64,000 nt of DNA from the human T2T-CHM13v2.0 reference genome, Homo sapiens: NCBI RefSeq assembly GCF_009914755.1, contig NC_060927.1; one strand, written 5' to 3'. The notes under the pieces were generated by a model that was not told the DNA's origin, did not search any database, and saw only the letters and a program-made list of their open reading frames with translations. The position numbers and the translations under genes were made by a program. Positions 56,554-64,000 of the stretch are shown piece after piece (the first letter of the stretch is position 1; each line of letters starts with the position of its first letter).

Positions 56554-56759
56554 GTGTACCTTTTAATTCTAACAACCGTAAAAAGTGGTTAACATCCCAA
56601 ATCACATGTGCTGATACTGAGGCTCAGATGACATGTGGCTAGTTCAAAGAACATATTAATAATGTCCTCACTACCCAGTCAGGCTTTCTCCAAAACTTTC
56701 TTTACATCCACTGCCAAGCAGAAAGCAAACTGTCAATAAGAAGTGCTGCCTCTAACCAG

Positions 56760-56990
56760 GCTGTATAATGCAGCAGTTAAGAATAAGTCTTCTGAAGCCA
56801 GACTGCCTGGGTTTGGACCTTGACTCCACCTCTTATTAGCTGTGTGACCTTGGGTAAATCATTTAACCTCTCTGGGCATTAGTTTCCTTAACTCTATGCT
56901 GGGAATACTACTACAATACTAGCATAAACTGTTTGTGAGGATTAAATGAGTTAATATATGTGAAGCATTTCGGGACTATGCCTGTTTTAA
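56760..56990 (+). mobile_element. MIR
   Basis: ccagactgcctgggttt...agctgtgtgaccttgggtaaatcatttaacctctctg...gtgaggattaaatgagttaat. Confidence 0.8.
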
Positions 56991-57739
56991 GGTTCAGTAC
57001 TATTTAATTATAAACTATTACTAGGGGAGTGTAAAATCAAGGGAACAGAAAATAGGTGAAAATAATCTATGAAGTAACACTTAAATCAAGGTCAAAGCAA
57101 TGTTACCTTTATTAAGTAAGAATACCAAGGAGAATTCAAGCAACACTGCTATCAATTTGCCTAAACCATAAGAAATCCCTTCTAAAAAAGAAAGGGACAA
57201 CTGAAGAGAAGCGTAGACTAGAGAATTTTGGGTCCACTGAAGCAAATGAAGATGCTTTCAGGATCTATGAATCCAGCAATCTGAGCAAAGTACTTGATGC
57301 ATCACTCTCTGATGACAATAACCCCCCCTCCCCCCCCACCCAGTGAGATCATTCAAAGAAGCCAGGTGGTTTTTACTTGAACCACAGAAGTTTGCTAGCT
57401 TCTTTCAGTTCGGTTCAATGGAAAACAAAGTTGGTTTCATCAAAGTCAATTTGATTTCCCTTTAGACTGAACAGAGAAGTGGGAAATGTGAATCTACAAG
57501 AAGACTAACTTATTTTCCACTGCACTAGGCAAGATCCTGATACCTGAAGACAACTCTGAATTTCCAAGAGTTAAAATCATGTTGTAGAGGAAAACTGAAA
57601 TCCTGAATTTGTTACATATGACCAGTCAATGCGTAACTCAGGAAAGCATCTAGGGGAGTTTCTTCTTACTCAGCATTTGCTCTCCTTTGCTACTTTACAA
57701 TATTCATTTTTACATTCTTGAAGCAACTTTCTCATCCCC

Positions 57740-58180
57740 AGCCCCCATGTGGTTCACGTGGGGTGAACATCTCCCTCTGTTCTGGAGGCAGCATGTAATG
57801 CAAGCCAGGGCACATCATGGTGATTGGCTCAAAGCTAGAACACATGACTCAATCTGGGCCAATGACAGTCTGCCTATGGCTTTTTCTGGGGCTACATGGA
57901 AAGAGATACTCTGTGGGATTAATAAACCTGTCCTCTTCAGTTCCACTTGGAAAGAGCCCCCAGATGAAGACAACATAGAAAAATAGAGCTAATGGACAAT
58001 CAATACTCCAACAGCCTTGGTTAAATATCAGGATCTAGCCATGCTTGAAGCCAGCTGTACCACTGGACTTCCTAGCAATAGGGGCCAATTATCATCCCTC
58101 ATTTATTTATTTATTTTTTTCGCTTCAGCCAATTTAAGTTGGGTTTCTGTAACTTACAAACAAAAGTCGTCTTACAAATA
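57740..58180 (+). mobile_element. MLT1-family (MaLR) solo LTR relic
   Basis: gccatgcttgaagcc...ggacttcc...gccaatttaagttgggtttctgtaacttacaaacaaaag 3' end typical of MLT1J/K. Confidence 0.6.
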
Positions 58181-59353
58181 TAAGTCAATAAATAAGTACC
58201 AGGAAATAACCAAGCAACAGTTGCAGGTTGATAGTGGGCATTCCAATTCCACTGAGCAAACAGGAACTGAGAACATGTCGTGTCATGTGCAAAACCACAA
58301 TAAATAATTGATAGGTGGTTTCCTATACAAGTGCCAGACTTCTAATATCTTTAGAAGAGAAATGGGCTCTTTTATAGGAATTGAGTCTAGGCCCCAATTC
58401 TAATGATCTTTATTTTCTTTAATACGAAAATTATTCTCTCTCCTTTTTGGGATAATCTTCTAATAAATATAACCTAATTGTCAGCTCACATAACAAATGA
58501 ACCTATGATTTGAGGATTTTTTACGGTAGGCATAAGTTAGCCATTAACAAAATGTTTAAAATGGGTCTAGAAACTGTCATTTCCCTTTCTGACTCTGAAA
58601 CTGATATATGTCCCTGAGCTTATGGATAGCAATTTTATAGTTCTAGAGACTTTATAACAATAAATCATATTTACAGATGTTTATCAGCCATTCTACAGAT
58701 GGAAGAAATCGGTACCAAGGTATTTATCAAACCTAGCACTGGTGTAGAAGAAAAAACTCAGAATTTAAAAGTGGCTCTGCCAAGTTCTTTTTCTCTCATT
58801 ATATAAATATGATTAGGCAAATGATCAGGAAAGAACAAAACTAAGATTCTATAGTGAGTGATTTCTAAACAAAACAAAACCCAATATCACTACTCTGAAT
58901 GATAATAATTGTAAACGGCTGTTGCTTAATTTAAAATAAAGCATTGCTGATCGTGATTGTTCACATCTAGAAGCAATTTTGGACATCTCTTTTAAAATAT
59001 TTTTAAGTACTTAAGTTTTCAATGACTACATAATGCTCTCAGAGTATAATCCTGAGGCAAGAAAGCTATGAAATAGATTCACAGGCTTCCATTCATTAAC
59101 CAAAAATTTATATTCACCAAAACTGCTTGCAGGTAACACAAGGTATCTCTCTAAGGATGGCTTTATTACAATATTTGTATCGGGTCCATAAAGATAGATA
59201 CAGAGACTGTTCTAACAATATAAAGACCACACAAAACTGGAGACCTGCACATAAATCAGCTCACCTCTGTTTCCCTGGGGCTTGAATGAGAGAGAAAAGC
59301 TAGAAGGAGATGGTCCCCAACACCCAATTTGTAAACCATCAAGCACCCAGATG

Positions 59354-59421
59354 TATACATGGGCATATGTTATAGTTATACATGTGCCTATGTTATAGGT
59401 ATACATGTGCATATGTTTGAT
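59354..59421. repeat. ~23-bp degenerate tandem repeat x3
   Basis: tatacatgggcatatgttatagt / tatacatgtgcctatgttatagg / tatacatgtgcatatgtttgat. Confidence 0.8.
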
Positions 59422-59891
59422 TACATGTCTATAATATCATGTAACATTATATTCAATTCATAGGTTAATGATTCAGTGATATTATGAATATATTTATATG
59501 ATACAAAAATGGAGGGCAGTTTGGTCTAAATTTTATTTTTAACTGACAAGGTAACACAAGTAAGGAATAGCATAGAAGCATTTCACTTCAGCTATGAGAT
59601 TAATATTATTTCCTTACAGAGATGCTTTATAGGTGTTATAGCTTCAAATGGGCCAACCCAGGTCTTAGTCATACTTTAACAGTAGAAATTGTTACTCCAC
59701 TTTCCCTATAAGGACAAGAACCTGAACAAAAGTCAATACCAATATAGAAAGTTAAGAACCAAATTGGTAGCTTTCCTCGCCATCTGCTTTCTACATTTAT
59801 AAAGTCAATTGTATAACAAAGAATGGGTCCAATCACCCAGCTGCAATTGGCCAGTAATTGTCACCAATTTTATAAAAATAAAGTGCATATG

Positions 59892-61645
59892 CAATTGCTT
59901 CAAAGAGAATAAAATACCTAGGAACCCAACTTGCAAGGGAAGTGAAGGACCTCTTCAAGGAGAACTACAAACCACTGCTCAACGAAATAAAAGAGGATAC
60001 AAACAAATGGAAGAACATTCCATGCTCATGGATAGGAAGAATCAGTATCGTGAAAATGGCCACATTGCCCAAGGTAATTTATAGATTCAATGCCATCGCC
60101 ATCAAGCTACCAATGACTTTCTTCACAGAATTGGAAAGAACTACTTTAAAGTTCATATGGAACCAAAAAAGAGCCCACATTGCCAAGATAATCCTAAGCA
60201 AAAAGAACAAAGCTGGAGGCATCACACTACCTGACTTCAAACTATACTACAAGGCTACAGTAACCAAAACAGCATGGTACTGGTACTACAACAGGGATAT
60301 AGACCAAGGGAACAGAACAGAGCCCTCAGAAATAATACCACACATCTACAACCACCTGATCTTTGACAAACCTGACAAAAACAAGAAATGGGGAAAGGAT
60401 TCCCTATTTAATAAATGGTGCTGGGAAAACTGGCTAGCCATATGGAGAAAGCTGAAACTGGATCCCTTCCTTACACCTTATACAAAAATTAATTCAAGAT
60501 GGATTAAAGACTTAAACGTTAGACCTAAAAACCATAAAATCCCTAGAAAAAGAAAACCTAGGCAATACCATTCAGGGCATAGGCATGGGCAAGGACTTCA
60601 TGACTAAAACAGCAAAAGCAATGGCAACAAAAGCCAAAATTGACAAATGGGATCTAATTAAACTAAAAAGCTTCTGCACAGCAAAAGAAACTACCATCAG
60701 AGTGAACAGGCAACCTGCAGAATGGGAGAAAATTTTTGCAATCTACTCATCTGACAAAGGGCTAATCTACAAAGAACTTAATTTACAAGAAAAAAATCAA
60801 ACAACCCCATCAAAAAGTGGGCGAAGGATATGAACAGACACTTCTCAAAAGAAGACATTTATGCAGCCAACAGACACATGAAAAAATGCTCATCATCACT
60901 GGCCATCAGAGAAACGCAAATCAAAACCGCAATGAGATACCATCTCACACCAGTTAGAATGGCAATCATTAAAAAGTCGGGAAACAACAGGTGCTGGAGA
61001 GGATGTGGAGAAATAGGAACACTTTTACAGTGCTGGTGGGAGTGTAAACTAGTACAACCATTGTGGAAGAAAGTGTGGCGATTCCTCGAGGATCTAAAAC
61101 TAGAAATACCATTTGACCCAGCCATCCCATTACTGGGTATATACCCAAAGGTTTATAATTCATGCTGCTATAAAGACACATGCACATGTATGTTTATTGC
61201 GGCACTATTCACAATAGTAATACTTGGAACCAACCCAAATGTCCATCAATGATAGACTGGATTACGAAAATGTGGCACATATACACCATGGAATACTATG
61301 CAGCCATAAAAAAGGATGAGTTCATGTCCTCTGTAGGGACACAGATGAAGCTGGAAACCATAATTCTGAGCAAACTATCGCAAGGACAGAAAACCAAACA
61401 CCGCATGTTCTCACACATAGGTGGGAATTGAACGATGAGAACACTTGGACACAGGGTGGGGAACATCACACATCAGGGCCTGTCGTGGGGTGGGGGGAGA
61501 GGGGAGGGGACAGCATTAGGAGATACACTTAATGTAAATGAGGAATGGGTGCAGCACACCAACATGGCACATGTATACATATGTAACAAACCTGCATGTT
61601 GTGCACACGTACCCTAGAACTTAAAGTATAATTTAAAAAAAAAAA
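59892..61645 (+). mobile_element. 5'-truncated L1PA (3' part of ORF2 with frameshifts, 3'UTR, poly(A)), antisense to FOXP1
   Basis: ORFs 59942-60607, 60585-60833, 60830-61252 and 61180-61431 translate to L1 ORF2p C-terminal segments ([23 protein letters not shown]); G-rich 3'UTR; ends accctagaacttaaagtataat plus A-tail. Confidence 0.97.
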
Positions 61646-62042
61646 GAAGATGACACCTCCAACAACAACAACAACAACAACAAAATTATAGTGTATATGT
61701 CATTGATTTGATATGTAAGGACATGAATAAAAGTAAACGCTAAAAAACTGCAAGTTTAATACTGGAATCGTTTTATTTAATCCTTGTCACTCTGAAAAAT
61801 GGGTAAATATGGGCTCTTACTAAGACTTACGCCTTTGAATGTAAGCCTTTTTCCCATTGTAGTACAACCCTCAATAGATTTTGTAACTATTCCTATGACA
61901 GTGCACTAGACCTTGTGATTTAGAGTCCACTCTCAAAGGGGTGAGGTGAAACTCTCCATCAAAAAGGCATTTTATGAGCAAAGCATGAACGGTGGGAGGT
62001 GTTGGCTATGTAAAAGAAGAAAACAAAATAAAATCATTCTTA

Positions 62043-62327
<285 letters not shown>

Positions 62328-63150
62328 TTAAATTGTACCTAAGTGTATTTAGTCAAATGTTAGAAATGTACATCTATGTATGAAAAAGTGTTTGACAGGC
62401 TTTTGTTAGATGCAAAGCTCTTTACTCAGACTGCGAAGGAGTCTTTAAAAAGCTAGAACTTATTTAATCTACATAATGAAAATTATAAAATCTGTACTTG
62501 ATTTTGAGATTTTCTTGCTACATCTACAAGGAATATTATCCATTTTCTCCTCTTCCCTTCCCCCAGAAACTGCTTTCATATAATCACATATTTTTTCCCA
62601 AGTTAATTTTATCCAGCAAAGAGGAGTACAATTAAATAATTTGGAATAATACCAAAATAATTTAGGAAGACAAATGTATCCAAGCAGATGATTCGTGTTT
62701 TTTTTAAAAAAGCTAATAATGGCAAGAAGATTATATTCCTAAAATTCCTAACACCAACAGTGAGAGAAAATTTGGCATGAACACGAAGGGGTTAATCCTC
62801 CAGTGGGGTTCCAATCAATACGTAATGATCTGGCCACACGGATCCAAGTCATGGGATGCTTTGATCCGCACCATGTGGTGCTCGGGGAAGAGTATCTGTT
62901 GCACTCACCGATGAACCATATTCTCAAATATTTTCTCTATTATATTTCTGCATCCAGACTTCTTTCAGACAAATTATTTTTACAGTTGTTTCCATAACCT
63001 TAAATTCCATCAGATAGAAATGTAAAGCTAACATTGAGAGTTCTGTTTCGTACTCAAGTGCATTCCCTTCCCGGGAAGGGCTATTTTGCAACTTACTCGA
63101 CTGTCTCTGCCTGACTTTGAACTTCAAGCACAATGAATGATGATTACAAG

Positions 63151-63151
<1 letters not shown>

Positions 63152-63190
<39 letters not shown>
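63152..63190. repeat. (CA)n microsatellite
   Basis: About 19 perfect units. Confidence 0.95.
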
Positions 63191-63192
<2 letters not shown>

Positions 63193-64000
63193 CATACACA
63201 CAAGAGGCCTGTATTTCATTTCATATTGCCATCAGGATGTATATTCATGTATTTTATCAATTTACATTCATAGAGCATATGTACACAAATGCCACTTGTC
63301 CCTGACTTATAACACAACCCACAGTAAGTGTATTATGAACACAAACCAAGGAGCATAAAAAGTAAACACACAGACACACAGAACTACACCTGATCAAAGA
63401 TCATTACGTCTCCCTATGACTTCTGAATAATTTTGCTGGAAATCTAATATAATTTAAAGATAATAACAAGCTATTTTGCCCTACCACAGAAAATAGGTCT
63501 TAGAATAAAAAAAAAGGAAAAGAAAAAGAAAAAAAGGTAGAAAAACAACTTGTAAAAATACAGAAAGGTGCCCCTCATACAAGAAAGGAATAAAACAAGG
63601 GAACTCAAGTAGCTATAGTGAGATTTATGAAGCCAAACAATAAAAGGATATTCTCTAAGCAGTTAACAGGGTAAAACTGCATTGGACTCAAGGAAAGAAT
63701 TACTACCTATTTGTGTTCATCTTCAGATCTGTGAATGAATAAAATAGAAATGCAAAAATAGAATTTTAAGAATTTACTAACAGTATTACAAATGAAAGAA
63801 TACTTCAACAGTAGTAGAATTCTCAGATATTCTAAGAGGGAAGAAAATAATTTAAAAAGAAAACTTTTAATCCACAGCTTAAAAAGAAAAGAAAAATATT
63901 CCAACTTTAATAATTATTTTCTTTAGCAATTTTATTAAGATTTAACTATTCTTATAACTTTAAAAGAGTAATATATTGTTATTGTAGAAAACTTGAAAAT

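Noticed and set aside
59942-61431. L1 ORF2-like ORFs as a functional gene
   Set aside because: 5'-truncated and frameshifted; an inactive retrotransposon copy.

Overview
Primate (almost certainly human) genomic DNA containing the 3' half of FOXP1 on the minus strand. Nine constitutive coding exons were mapped by GT-AG boundaries; their lengths sum in frame to c.870-2034 of the 677-aa protein (zinc finger, leucine zipper, forkhead domain, C-terminus). They are followed by a ~4.5 kb 3'UTR ending near 1210. The standout feature is a second, paralogous forkhead exon (18509-18678, the 170-nt 'exon 18b' of FOXP1-ES), 374 nt downstream of the canonical 122-nt exon. This mutually exclusive switch rewrites the DNA-recognition helix and is already published. 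Less expected features visible in the sequence are: an AT-hook-like RGRPRK motif in exon 18b; stop codons that block both double inclusion and double skipping; a 151-nt AG-free zone loaded with YGCY motifs upstream of 18b; a candidate 10-nt poison microexon (13026-13035); an acceptor followed by T-GTAAGT at 47091-47100; a NAGNAG acceptor; and inverted Alus around an in-frame, stop-free 384-nt exon block. Introns hold Alus, a 5'-truncated L1PA, MER/MIR/L2/MLT1 relics and several enhancer-like elements. Repeat subfamilies and regulatory calls were made by eye and are unverified.
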